From positions 44,764,001 through 44,828,000 of the forward strand of contig OX597818.1 of NCBI GenBank assembly GCA_951406725.2: a stretch of DNA of 64,000 nucleotides, written 5' to 3'. Position 1 is the first letter of the stretch. Every line of letters starts with the position of its first letter. The notes below the pieces were generated by a model that had not been told where the DNA came from, made no database searches, and saw nothing but the letters and a program-made list of their open reading frames with translations. The position numbers and the translations under genes were made by a program. Below, in pieces: positions 11,981 to 25,235 of the stretch. The DNA comes from Octopus vulgaris (Eukaryota).

Positions 11981-12598
11981 TATTTTTTTGCTCAAGAGCC
12001 CAGGTAGAGGCTGGAGTTAGACACAAAGGCACAGGTCTGAGTGGGTTGATGTAGTGAGCTGGTAGAGTTGTTATTGCACCAGAGAAAAGGCTTAGAGGAA
12101 CTTTTTTTCCCTCTTAACATTCTGAGTTCAAAAACCATCAAGGTCAACTCTGCCTTTCATCACTTTTGGCTCAATAGAGTAAGTACCAGTCAAGCACTGG
12201 GGGGGGAGGGGGTAACAATGCAATCAACTACCACCCCACCCCAACCCCTACTGAATTTGCAGGTTTGAGCCAGACTTTGATACCATTGCTTTTGCCTTCT
12301 TTGATCGATATTTAAATTCTTAATCACTCTTTCAGATCACTTGAGCTGTGCCTTTCATGTACCTACCAAATCTTATCTGGTTATTTCATAAAATATTCAG
12401 GCACAGAACATAAAATCACATTGAATGATGAAGATCAGACTGAAATCAAAGAGTCTGTTTATGACTCGTAATCTGTAGTTTCCTCAGATGTATTTGGATT
12501 TGATCCTTTTCACTTTGATTATAAATTCAAGAATAATAACTATGCATGTGTTCACATCTCAAAGAGCTTTCATTCGTTTATTCATACATTTGTTTCTT

Positions 12599-13049
12599 TT
12601 AATGATAATAATAATAATGAGATTATTGTATACAGTGCTCAGGTGCACCACAACATGTCAAAAGTGTGTGTAAAGCATATGTAGTAATGTACAAATGTCT
12701 GGGAAGTGAACAGTGTATGAGTCAGATACATGCTTGTGTGTGTATGAAGGGGAGAAATTCAGGTGTAGTGTTGGCGAATCTCAGGAAGCATGGATGTTTT
12801 GAAGGATGCAGTGCTCCAACAACTAACAACTGATGCCGGCAGTTCCATACTTCAGCAACTCTTAGGGTGAAAAAATGTTTCCGAAAGTCATGGGAGCTGT
12901 GCTGTTTTCTGACTTTGTAAACATGTCCACGGGTGTTAGACGGGTGGAGTTTGAAAAGGTGCTCAGAGTTATTGTTTGTAAGAGGGTTAATAATTTTATG
13001 GGTGTCTGCCAAGTCAGCTGCCAGACGTCGGAGTTTCAATGTATCCATG
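12599..13049 (-). mobile_element. CR1/L2-group LINE 3' fragment
   Basis: MDTLKLRRLAADLADTHKII...TRGHVYK...FFTLRVAEVWN; (ATT)n tail; same family as 53535-54123. Confidence 0.9.
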
Positions 13050-13262
13050 CAGTTACTGCTGTAACTCTCTATTCTTAATAATATTGACAATATTAGGTCG
13101 ACAGCTGTAGATGCGATGCTCATCAAATTGCATGAAAAATGTATGTATAACCAAAAACTGATTTTGCTATGAGATGCCTAAATGAAGTTTTAAATTGATA
13201 GGAGCATTTTAGCTGCATTTCAAACATTGCTGATATAATCAAGGGTCAACAATAAATAGCAT

Positions 13263-13502
13263 CTTTTACTTGTTTCATTCACTGAACTGTGGCCATGCTG
13301 GGTCACTGAGTTGAAGGGTTTTGTCAGATAAATCAATCCTTGTACTTAATTTTTAAAGCTTGGTACTTATTCTATCGGTCTCTTTTTGCTGAACTGGTAA
13401 GTTGCAGGGGATGTAAACAAACTGACACCAGTTGTCAAGCAGTGGAGGAGGAGCATAAATAAACACAATGACACACACACACAATGACACACACACACAA
13501 TG

Positions 13503-13533
<31 letters not shown>

Positions 13534-13720
13534 GACACACACACACACACACATGACAAGCTTTCTTTCTGTTTCTTTTTACGAAAAACTTTTCTAGGAA
13601 GTCTTTGGTCAGCCTGGAACTATAGTGGAAGACACTTGCTCAAAGTGTTATGCAGTGGGACTGAACTTGGAACCAAGTGCTTGGGAAGCAAACTCTTACT
13701 ACACAGTCACACCTGTGCCT
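13263..13720 (-). mobile_element. SINE family B (diverged)
   Basis: Tail, core and microsatellite recognisable. Confidence 0.75.
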
Positions 13721-13909
13721 ATGGCCACACCTGCATGGATGGCCACACCTGTGCCCATAAACCTACAACTTCAAAAGAAGTATTTTCTCATACTTCATAG
13801 GAATAATATATCTAGTTCTGGTAAGTTTAGTGAGCATTCCTCCAAAACGAACTCTACAGCTATAGATTGTTCTAATTCTGAGAAGTATAAAATACTTCAG
13901 CAATCCTTT

Positions 13910-14322
13910 ATAGGCGCAGGAGTGGCTGTGTGGCAAGTGGCTTGCTTACTAATCACATGGTTCTGGGTTCAGTCCCACTGCATGGCACCTTGGGCAAAGT
14001 GTCTTCTACTATAGCCTCGGGCCGACCAAAGCCTTGTGAGTGGATTTAGTAGAGGGAAACTGAAAGAAGCCCGTTGTATATATATATATGTATATATATG
14101 TGTGTGTGTGTGCGTTTGTGTGTCTCTGTTTGTCCCCGCCAACATCGCTTAACAACCGATGCTGATGTGTTTACATCTCCGTAACTTAGAAGTTCGGCAA
14201 AAGAGACTGATAAAATAAATAGGTACTGAGCTTACAAAGGATAAGTCCTGGGGGCGATTTGCTTGACTAAAAGGTGGTGCTCCAGCATGGGCACAGTCAA
14301 ATGACTGAAACAAGTAAGAGAG
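13910..14322 (+). mobile_element. SINE family B
   Basis: Full-length copy. Confidence 0.9.
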
Positions 14323-14723
14323 TAATCTCAAAATATATTTATAATAATAGAAACAGAAAGTCTCATCACAGAGTTGTAGCAATGTTCCCCTTATAGAGAA
14401 AGATTTAAAGAGATATAATCCCTAACTCACAACAAAATAATATTAATTTTCCAGACAAGAAGACTTACAAACTGAATTCTATATGATGCCATGTAAAGAA
14501 ATACTATATAAAGCAATAAAAAAAAATTCATGTATATATTTATATTTGTATAAATGTGTGAGGATAATGCTATTTATTTCAATGTTCATTCATCTTATTG
14601 CTTTGAAAATTTTCAGGTGGTAACAGTACATTAGCCATTGGCACATTAAGTAGCTGTATACACCCACCCACTTCCCAAATTTTACGTGTCTGCTAAGCAT
14701 CCATATACTTTATAAGCACGTGC

Positions 14724-14746
<23 letters not shown>

Positions 14747-14754
<8 letters not shown>

Positions 14755-15330
14755 GGAGAAAATAATGGATACATCGAGCATCATGGCATCATAATTTTGA
14801 AATATTTATAAAAACCCATCAAAATCATGTTCATTTTTATGTTTTTTTCTATTTATTATTAGTGATTCTTAATATGTTTGCTAAAATTGTTGTTTCTTTT
14901 CAGATATCATTAGGAAAAAGTAGTTAAAATTCATTAAAATGACAGATCTATCAGACTTTCAAAGCGGTCAAATTGTTGGTGCTCGTATGGCAGGTGCTAG
15001 CATAACAAAAACAGCCAAAATGTTTGGTGTATCAAAAAGTACTGTCTCAAAAGTGATGACAGCCTTTGAGAAAGAGGGAAAAACTTCCTTGTTGAAAGAA
15101 AACTCCAGAAGAAAACCAAAACTTTCAGATAGGTACTGTCGGACTCTTTTGTGAATTGTTAGAAAGACAAAGCCGGATTTCACAGGAATGCTGCAATCAG
15201 AAAATCACTACTTCCAAAAACAAACATTGCAAAGCATTTAGAGTGGAGTAAAAACCTATAGAACTGGTCCCTAGAGAATTGGAAGAATGTTATTTTCTTG
15301 GGTGAGTCATCCTTTACCCTATTTCCAACC
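14747..15330 (+). mobile_element. Tc1-like transposon 5' fragment (pseudogenised transposase)
   Basis: CAGAGGTTGG left end; MTDLSDFQSGQIVGARMAGASITKTAKMFGVSKSTVSKV (paired-like HTH) and downstream WKNVIFLGESSF (WxxVxFSDES motif). Confidence 0.9.
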
Positions 15331-15487
15331 TATTTCGCCAGACCTCAGTAAAATCGTTCAACCCATGCTAGCATGGAAGGCTGACGTTAAACGATGATGA
15401 TTAAACGACTCAGTAAGACTCAGCCTTGGTTATAAATAAAAATAAGAATAATGCATTTATCATTATTATTATTCCTACATTTTTTAA

Positions 15488-15950
15488 TAAGGTGGCAAGC
15501 TGGCACAATCGTTGGCACACCAAGCAAAATGCTTAGTGATATTTCATCTGTCTTTCATTCTAAGTTCAAATTCTGCTGAGGTCAACTTTGCCTTTCATCC
15601 TTTCAGGGTCAATAAACTAAGTATCAGTTGCCTACTGGGGTCGATCTAATCAACTGGCCCCTTCCCACCAAATTTCTGGCCTTGTACCTATAGTAGAAAA
15701 GATTATTATTATTATTCTTTAATAAGGTGGTGAGCTGGCAGAATCATTAGCATATTGGGTGAAATGCTTAGCAGTATTTCATCTGCCACTATGTTCTGAA
15801 TTCAAATTCTGCTGAGGTTGACTTGGCCTTTCATCCCTTTTGGGGTCAGTGAAATAAGTACCAGTTATGCACTGGGTTGATATAATCAACTAGCCCTTTT
15901 CCCCCAAAGTTTTCAAGTCTTTGAGCCAAGAGTAGAGATAATTATTATAT
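15488..15950 (+). mobile_element. Two tandem SINE family C monomers
   Basis: Heads at ~15488 and ~15722; (ATT)n tails. Confidence 0.85.
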
Positions 15951-16389
15951 TCTTTAATGAACCTGAAAAATCCATGTCTGGATATTGATTTTTACAGAGT
16001 TTATTAGGTATAAATAGATGGATAGTCATTAAAACAGATACCCTTCAAATTAGCCCCAAATCTTAAAATGAAAATAAGCATGCTTCTTTGGATTCTCATA
16101 TTGAAACTAGAGCAATTGCATAGAATAGCTTAAAGCACTCACAGACATAGTTGGGGAATATGCCAACATAAGATGATTGTCAGTTCTGAGAAATAAAAGA
16201 TGTATTAAGATAATAATAAAAATATAACTAAATAATATAAAGGCAAAAATGGTAGTTCTTAAATCTCTCTAACAGATCAATGCAGTAGTTGTACTGACAA
16301 GTAATATAGAATTATATGGGATTTATCATTGGAAGGTAATCTGTCATAGAGTACATTCTATAATTAGAACAATATTTTCTAATTATAAC

Positions 16390-16601
16390 GTGGCGAGCTG
16401 GCAGAAAAGTTAGCACGGTGGGCAAAATGCTTTGTGGTGTTTCATCTCTCTTTACGTTCTGAATTCAAATTCCACCAAGGTCAACTTTGTCTTTCATCCT
16501 TTCAGGGTTGATAAATTAAGTACCAGTTGTGTATTATGGTTGATCTAATTGACTGGCTCCCTCCCCCAAAATTTTGGGCATTGTGCCTAGAGTAGAAAAG
16601 A
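16390..16601 (+). mobile_element. SINE family C monomer
   Basis: Conserved body; AATATTTTCTAATTATA repeated on both flanks. Confidence 0.85.
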
Positions 16602-16746
16602 ATATTTTCTAATTATAGAATATATATATTCTATAATGGTTGTTCTATAATTAAAACATCCAGTGCTACCCCACCAAAAAAAAAAAAAGTAGTAACTTTT
16701 GGGAACAAGTGCTACTTGTGCTTTAGTAAGACTGATTGTGTTAAAA

Positions 16747-17255
16747 TCATCATCATCATCATCATTTAACGGCCGCTTTCCATGCTAGCATGGATTGGAC
16801 GATTTGACTGAGGTCTGGCGAACTAGATGGCTGCACCAGACTCCAATCTGATCTGGCAGAGTTTCTACAGCTGGATGCCCTTCCTAACGCCAACCACACC
16901 AAGAGTGTAGTGGGTGCTTTTATGTACCACCGACACGAGGGCCAGTTTGGTGGAACTGGCAACGGCCATGCCTAAATAGTGCTTTTTATGTGCCACCTGC
17001 ACAGGAGCCAGTCCAGCAGCACTGGCGACAACCTAGCTCGAATATTTCTCATGCCACCAATACAAGTGCTAGTAAGGCAACGCGGTAACGATCATGCTCG
17101 AATGGTGTGTTTAATGTGCCATCGGCACGAAGGCCAGCTGGTTGCTCTGGCAATGATCTCACTCGTATGGTACTCTTTGCGCTCCATTAGCAACGGATGC
17201 CAGTCACCGAATTTGATTTCGACTTCGATTTCACTTGCCTCAACCGGTCTTCGCA
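16747..17255 (-). mobile_element. Repeat family A
   Basis: (CAT)n tail and modular body. Confidence 0.85.
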
Positions 17256-17268
17256 TGTATGTAAATTA

Positions 17269-17430
17269 CCATATTTTAACATGTATATGGAATTCTCCTT
17301 TGTCAAAAATAAGGTTAAAAAATTATGGGAGTTTCTTATACATGGATAGTTTTATAATCCCTTACAAAACCTTTTTTCCAAATTTTAAGCCCCAAAATTT
17401 TGGGGGTTCCTTATACACATTAAAATACAG
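17269..17430. mobile_element. Tc1/mariner-superfamily (Tc2/pogo-like) MITE
   Basis: TA|CCATATTTTAACATGTATA ... TATACACATTAAAATACAG|TA imperfect TIRs. Confidence 0.65.
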
Positions 17431-18297
17431 TAATATTTGGAAGTATACAAAAGCATACGCCTTCTTTTCTTACATTCTTTCAATCCTTATAAATAAAAAA
17501 CAAAAAAAAAACAACAACAAAAACAATAACATTGTCACCATCTTCATTATTTTGTGTCCACTTTCCATGCTGGCATAGATAGGATTCAATGACTTGGAGG
17601 ATCAAGTTTTCCTCCACTGTCTCATTTTTGGAATAGTTTCTACAAATGGATTCCCTTCCTAACACCAGCTATTTTACATAGTGTAATGAGTACATGTTCA
17701 TAAAGCCAAAAAGACCCTCTCAAGTCCTGTGTTATCTCTGTTCAATTCAATTACTGAATACTAAGAGTGTACTGGGTCCTTTTTCATGGCACCATCATTA
17801 TTGGGGTCACCTTGTAATATGCAAAGCAAAAGAGAGTAACCCTATAATTGAAGACAAAAATCAACATATCTATTGTGAGAGGATGGTCATGGAGAGAATA
17901 ACAGAATGAATAATGTTGGGGGTGAGAGTATGGGAGACAGAAGAAGGGGAGGAGAAGAATAATGATGGGGCTAGAGGGAAAAAGTGAGTGGAGAGGACAT
18001 TGTGATAATGATCATGTGGTGGATTGAGTAGTCTATGTGTTATGTCAGCATAGGTTGACTGGTTTGTTAGGGTCCAAGATAGTTCATATCGGAGGTCCAT
18101 ATGTTCATTATTGGGAAGGAATAGGGATACTGTTAGGGAAGAGGAAGGAAATTGAAACTAGTGTCGGTGGGTTAGTGAAAGAGTTAAAAGGTTAAGACAG
18201 TGGAATGGGTTGAGCAGGAAGGAGTTTAGTACTATTCCACATTATACATGGGTAAATAAAGTGGTGTGTGAAGGAAAGACAAATTGGAAGTGGGTAA

Positions 18298-18825
18298 TCA
18301 TCATCATTGTTTAACGATCGCTTTCCATGCTAGCATGGGTTGGATGATTTGACTGAAGGCTGGTGAACCAGATGGCTGTACCAGGCTCCAATGTTGATCT
18401 GGCAGAGTTTCTACAGCTGGATGCCCTTCCTAACACCAACCACTCTGAGAGCTTAATGGGTGCTTTTACATGCCACTGGCATGGGGGCCAGTCAGGTGGT
18501 ACTGGCAACGACCTCGCTCGAATGTTTTTACACGTGCCACCGGCACAAGTACCAGTAAGGCGACGCTGGTAACAATTACGCTCGAATGGTGCCTTTTATG
18601 TACCACTGGCACGGAAGCCTGTTAGCTGCTCTGGCAATGATCATGCTCAGATGGTGCTCTTAGCACTCTACTAGCATGGGGCACAAATGCCAGTAAGGCG
18701 ATGCTGGTAACAATCACACTCAAATGATGCCTTTTATGTGCCACTGGCACGGAAGCCGGTTAGCTGCTCTATAAATGATCGCACTTGTATGGTGCTCTTT
18801 GCATCCTGCTAGCACGGATGCCAGT
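18298..18825 (-). mobile_element. Repeat family A with internal module duplications
   Basis: Repeated GTGCCACTGGCACGGAAGCC modules. Confidence 0.85.
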
Positions 18826-19169
18826 GAAAGGTAAAGAGCAAAGCAGTGTCAAGAGATTAGTGAGAGAGAGAGTCAGAATGATAAGGGCAAAATGCAGTGA
18901 GGAGTAAAGATGCGGGGGATGAACAAGACATGACGTAGTGCCATGTTATGTTATATAATGGTGGGTATAGTGGTGCAGAGGAGAGAGGATGAGGTCTCGA
19001 TGAGGAACTAGGGTATATCCTCAGGGTAATATGTCCAAAGTGGCATAGTGACAGGAGAGTCAGGGAGGGCGGGTGAAAGTTGTTAGTTTGTGTAATCACA
19101 ACTCACTATTCAAATATCATGACTTATGATTTAGAAGGAAGATGAGGGTAACAGGATACAAGTGTCTCA

Positions 19170-19611
19170 CTAGGTGAGACAAGCTGACACTGAATTAGCT
19201 TCACTGATTGACAGGCAACGGTCTTGTTTAGAGAATGCGTGAGCTAAGACTATGCACCTTCATTGGTCAGTTAAAGTTGAGACAGTGTCACGTGACAACT
19301 TGCTGGGGCTGCCTGCTGGAGCCTAGCAGCAGGTATTTAAAGGGAAATTTGACAAGACAGTCAGTTGCCCGCTGACACTTGTTGATGCTACATTGAAAAG
19401 GCCAGGGAAGAGAAGAAAGAAGAAGAAGACATGCACCCAACACCAGAGCTGAAGACACCTCCGAAAGGGGGGGGGGCCTGCCACGTCAAAACAGTAGAGG
19501 AGTAGGGGCCAAAACCGGACATGTTTCCTCCTGATGATGTCTTGAGCTAACTGGATCCTATAAAGGAGCTGTTGTGGTAGCAGACCATGAAACATGGTTG
19601 AAATTCCTCCT
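19170..19611 (+). mobile_element. pLTR/LTR-like dispersed repeat with TATA-like box and several hammerhead-core-like motifs
   Basis: Second copy at 29102-29409; GTCACGTGAC, ATTGG, GGTATTTAAAGGG, then CTGAAGA, CTGATGA and GAAAC motifs. Confidence 0.6.
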
Positions 19612-20249
19612 GGAAGGGAGATATTCAATAGACACATTTCAAATATTTGGTTACTGATGTCTCAAAGGTGTGTAAGCTGATCAACATGAATTTGTTTTAG
19701 CCAATAACCAACCGACTCAATGTTCCACAAAGTCTATTTTTCTCTCACCAACTACAATTCCTTTTTTGATTCATTCCCACACCATTAAATATTCATTCAT
19801 CTTTCTCTATACTCAGCCAGCTAATTTATTTCAAGACACTATCTGTACTTCTCCAATATTCAGCTACCATGCAAAAATTCTTCAGAGTCATCAAGCCATC
19901 AATCCATGTATTCTACAAACACTGCAAAAAATATACCATCAAATGGTAATATTTTATATTTTATATACTTGGCATTATCTCTCCAGCTAACCAGCGAGAG
20001 GAATACTGATGAGCAGAACACTAAAATATCACAGAGGCTTCATTAGCCAAAGAACTAAATATACTATTTCTTGACAACAATATGAAGTAACTATTAATAT
20101 GTTTATCCAGCTTCAGTTTCAACTGTGACATAATAACACCCAACCAATTTATAAGTGAGAAAATATGTCAACCTAATTGTTGGCTTATTTTTATTTTTTT
20201 TTCCTTGTGAATCTATGCAAAAAATACAAACACAGATACATTTTTTACA

Positions 20250-20307
20250 AGTGTGTGTGTGTGTGTGTGTGTCTGTTTATCTATCTACCTATCTATTCAC
20301 ATGCACA

Positions 20308-20359
<52 letters not shown>

Positions 20360-20441
20360 CATATATACATACATACATATATATATGTACATACATATAT
20401 ACATACATATATATACATACATACATACATACATACATACA

Positions 20442-20473
<32 letters not shown>

Positions 20474-20715
20474 AATATATATATATATACATACATATAT
20501 AAAATATATGGAGGTTTTTCATCAGCGTGACTCAAGCTAATAGGTATGCACTGAGAGTGCTCAATTTCGTATGCCACTAAAATTCCAGTTTGAACTGTAA
20601 TTGTACATACACAAACACACACATATACACGCACACACACACATACACATACACACGCATACATACACACATGCATATACATACACACATACATATATAC
20701 ACACATACATATATA
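20250..20715. repeat. Compound microsatellite region
   Basis: (TG)n, (CA)n, (TACA)n. Confidence 0.9.
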
Positions 20716-20735
20716 CAGCATATTATTCTTTTCCA

Positions 20736-21655
20736 CTCATTGGATGACAGTCAGATCTACTAGCTGTCACCCAATGGGTGGAAAAGAATAATATGCTGCT
20801 GAACAAGGACAAATTTGAGTTAATCCACTTCAGAAAAAAGGATACCCTGCGACTCATATACTTCCTTCTTTCAGGTGAAACTCTCATGGCATCCAACAAC
20901 ATCAGGGACTTGGGAGTAATTGTGGACAACAACATAAGCTGGACTGCTCATATAAACAGCAAAGTTGACATGGCCTGCAGAATATGTTCCTGGATTCTAA
21001 GAACTTTCCATTCAAGAGATATTCACACCATTATCTTTCTCTTCTCTACTTTTGCCCAACCTCACCTTGAATACTGTTGTCTATTGTGATCTCTCCACAT
21101 GAAACAAAGTATCATGAAAATTGAAGCATCTCAAATTTCGATTCTAAAAGAGAGAGATGGCATGACAGGCTTTGGCTATTGGGGTCAACTAGTAAAGCTC
21201 AAGCTTTAATCTCTCCAATGCCATAAGTGCTAGATCATCTGCATGCTGTGGAAAATATTCCATCAGAATTGCTCAAATGATATTGGCATTGCCTTTAAGA
21301 TACGCCCAAGACTTGGACCCCATGCTATCTATCTGCAACATAAATCATACTCACATCCCATAACAACAATAGGGCACAATTATTTCACCTCAATTGGCCC
21401 CGTTCTCTTTAGCATTACACCAAGACACATTAAGCAGAAACAGACCCCATAAAATTCAAGAAGTCTTTGGATAAATTCCTTCAAAAAATCCTGGATAAAC
21501 CTCCTACATCTAGATATGTCTCTGTAAACACTAACTCTCTCCTTGAGTGGGCTATGTTATCCAATTCCTGATTTGAATGACTTTGCCAGGTGGTGCTATT
21601 AAATTAGAAATGGCTTGGGTCAATAATGGCCAAATCCTATCAAAGTATCAAAGTA
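20736..21655 (+). mobile_element. Degenerate CR1-group LINE 3' part (RT C-terminus)
   Basis: WVEKNNMLLNKDKFELIHF...IRDLGVIVDNNISWTAHI...QPHLEYC; stops and frameshifts; (TATCAAAG)n tail. Confidence 0.9.
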
Positions 21656-21663
21656 TATATGTA

Positions 21664-22395
21664 TGATGATGATGGACAAGTGAGTCCATAACCCGTGGTC
21701 TTTGCCAGGTATGTAGCCAGCCCACTTATGCATACATTTCCTTCTTTGGAAACAAAACTCTGCTTGCGGAGACCTGTTGAGGCAACTGAAATCAAAATTG
21801 AATTCGAAATCGAACCACATCCAATGACTGGCACCCATGCCAACCTCCCTTCATTGGACACTAAACTCTGCTTGCGAAGACCTGTTGGGGCAAGTGAAAA
21901 TGAAATTGAACCAAATCCTATGACTGGCACCCAGCCATTGCCAGTGCTGCTAGACTGACTCCTGTGCAGGTGGCAAGTAAAGAAACACCGTTTCAACCCT
22001 GTGCTTGAGGAGACCTATTGAGTCAAGTACATCAACATCAAAAATCAATGGCAATTATAGTTGTGATTCCCGTGTCAGTGGCACATAAAAAGCACCATCT
22101 GAACGTGGCCGATGCCAGTGATGCCTTGACTGGCTTCCGTGCTGGTGGCATGTAAAAAGCACCAATCGATCGTAGCCGTTGCCAGCCTTGCCTGGCACCT
22201 GTGCCGGCGGCACGTAAAAAGCACCCACTACACTCACAGAGTGGTTGGCATTAGGAAGGGCATCCAGCTGTAGAAATTCTGCCAGATCAGACTGGAGCCT
22301 GGTGCAGCCTTCTGGCTTCCCAGACCCCAGTCAAACCGTCCAACCCATGCCAGTATGGAAAACGGACATTAAATGATGATGATGATGATGATGAT
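21664..22395 (+). mobile_element. Longest family A copy
   Basis: Extended 5' part with an internal duplication, modular body, (GAT)n tail. Confidence 0.85.
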
Positions 22396-23894
22396 ATTTA
22401 TGTATATATATCATCATCATTATCATTTTATTGCCATATTTTCTATGCTTGCATTGGAAAGATGGAATTTGCAGAAGCAGATCTCCTATGGTTGGATGCC
22501 TTTCCTGTCACCAATTCCCATCTCTTTCCAAGCTAAATACAATTTCCCAATAATCAGACATGTTTTCAAGTAAGATTTTGAATGAAGGACAGAGCTTGCA
22601 TGATGGTGACTCTCATTTACAATTATTGTACAATAATAATAACAGGACAACTCTCCCCCCACATACACAACTGATAATCATTTTGACTATTTTCAAATAA
22701 GTTCTTTTATGTTTATTTGCAAGTTCTTTACAGTCACACTCATACATACACATTCATAAACATATAATCCAAACACGCAAGCAAACAAGTACAATTTCAG
22801 TTTACATGTACCTTTTACGACAAGACTATGTAATACATTAGCATTTTTTTTTTTGCTATAGCATTCATATTTTTAGTTCTTTAGCTATCAACATCACTAA
22901 ATAAATACAGATATCTTCATACTTTTCTATCATCTGCACTTTTTTCTTTCTATCTTACTATTTTCATTTACTCCCATCCACTTTCTCCACCTCTCTCTTC
23001 TCTTTTTCTGCTTCTTAATTATTTTTTCTTTCTTTTCTCACTTTTAGTAATGTTTATGAGGATTTGCTCATTCTTATCTCCTTCATTATCTCTCACTCAA
23101 TTTTTACTCCTCCCTTATTCTTATATTTCTTTCCATCTCATCATAACCCCTTCTTTCAGTACTTCTCTTCCATCTCTCTACCTCTCCTTTTTTCTCTTTC
23201 TATTTATACATAGTGTATTTACATTAATCCTACCTAAATCTATGTTTAGTTCATTTTTAGATTTATCATTTTCTTTTTCTATTTTTGCTTTTCTCCTTAA
23301 CTTATGACAGAACAGTATTTTTTAACTGTTTGACGTAATAAAAGAACCATCAACAGCTGTCTATGACTATCGCTTGCCTTGCCTCGTTACTAATGACGTC
23401 TTTGCTTCTATTCCTTAACATAACTTTTACATAAAAGCTAAATCCCTTAGAGACATTCCTTGTTTGGCAACCTGTCCTTTTATCTCAGTACCATTATACT
23501 GCTATTATTAATCTACTTAGTGGTTTAGTGGTTTAGAGATGAAATAGAAATGGCTATTAGTGACGTTCGATTGTTGACAATTAACTATAAGCTCACGTCT
23601 GGCTGAAATTGTCAAAAACTTACTTCTATTTGGACTCTAAGTGATACAATTAATAAACGTAGCTGACAGACTTACTCTGTCACTTAGCTTAATATCACCA
23701 CCATGCTGGTGGTTGTCTTAACTCTTTTAATATTAACCTGCGAAACACTTCTGGATTTATGATACAAGTTCCTGTTTTAAAATTATCTAGATTAAAACTT
23801 ACTATCAACATTTCATTTGTGCTAACGATTCTGCTAGCTTAATAATGGCTTCAAACTTTGACACAAGACCAGCAGTTTTATGGGAGGGGGTAAG

Positions 23895-24211
23895 CAAATC
23901 GACCCCAGGACTTATTCTATCAGTCCCTTTCTGACGAACTGCTAAGTTACGGGGATGTAAACACACCAGCATCGGTTGTCAAGCGATGTTGGTGGGGACA
24001 AACACAGACACACAAACACACACACATATATATACATATACATCTAAACGACGAGCTTCTTTCAGTTTCCGTCTACCAAATCCACTCACAAGGCTTTGGT
24101 TGGCCCGAGGCTATAGTAGAAGGCACTTGCCCAAGGTGCCATGCTGTGGGACTGAACCCAGAACCATGCGGTTTGTAAGCAAGCTACTTACCACACAGCC
24201 ACTCTTGCACC
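23895..24211 (-). mobile_element. SINE family B
   Basis: Conserved head and core. Confidence 0.85.
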
Positions 24212-24414
24212 TTTATTTTCTCACTTTTAGTAATGTTTACTACTTATATTAGTAATTTTCATAAAAATGTAGCAAATACCTAAAAGGAAACATATAGCAA
24301 ATGGGATAATCTAAGAATATATGGAAAATAAACCACTGCACAAAATTAGCTTCCGTTTAATTAAAATAATCTGCTCTTTATTCATTTGTTTATATTTTGG
24401 GATGAGGGTTCTTA

Positions 24415-24816
24415 AGTTAGTTAGTTAGTTAATTTGGCTCAAAAGCAAATAGCAAGGCCATGTAGGGGGACATGGAGTTAAGTACAGGGTGGTGTTCATG
24501 TAAAGAGTTCAGGCCACTTGAGGTCAAGGGAGGCTTTGAACGAAGCGGTCGTCGGCATCTTCACCATCTTGTCTGGCAGCTTGTTCCACGGATCTGCAAC
24601 CCGGACGGAGAAAGCTCCTCTCCTTCGATTGAGATGAAATCGTCGCAGGTAGAGCTTTTCGGAATGACCCCGCAGCCGACGCCCTGGAGCAGGAGTGAAG
24701 AACAGCTCTTTCGAGAGGTTACACTTTCCGCTTATGATGTTGTGGGCGAGAATGAGATCACCACGGCGGCGGCGTTTTTCAAGAGAATAAAGGTCGAGCG
24801 TCCTCAGCCTTTCTTC
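24415..24816 (-). mobile_element. Young CR1-type LINE 3' fragment with uninterrupted ORF2 end
   Basis: 24816-24496 reads EERLRTLDLYSLEKRRRRGDLILAHNIISG...LRGHSEKL...FSVRVADPWNKLP...* without breaks; (CTAA)n tail; CpG-rich. Confidence 0.92.
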
Positions 24817-25235
24817 AGCCTAAGGTTAAGAATGAATTGTAAAATGCCACTCTATAACAAGGGACACTGAACTTGACTAAGCTATAAACAAATCTCCAAG
24901 TAAAACTTCATGTGGTACAATTCGTTTGTGTTGGCACTAAGACCAGAGTGTAATTCAAAAGTTATGTTATTAAGAATCAGCAGATGAGACAGCATAGGGT
25001 ATAGCTGATCATATATAGAAAAACAGAGATCACCTCCCACTGTGGGATGAAGTTAAAATAATAGACAGATGATTGATTGACCAAAAATATCTGAGAAGGA
25101 TGTTGTTGGAAGAGAAAGGAATAAAGAGAGAAGAAGGTGTATGAACCCGCAGAGTAACAACATATTGTTTTAGCTGTAAGTCAGACTCATTTATAGAATA
25201 CAGTTCTATATTGGAGAGATGAGGAATTATGTACA

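Noticed and set aside
21780-22240. Regularly spaced AAAAAGCACC modules resembling a CRISPR-like array
   Set aside because: The spacers are homologous to each other and to other family A copies; these are internal retroelement repeats in a eukaryotic context.
24472-24870. 132-aa plus-strand ORF
   Set aside because: Antisense to the CR1 ORF2 fragment.
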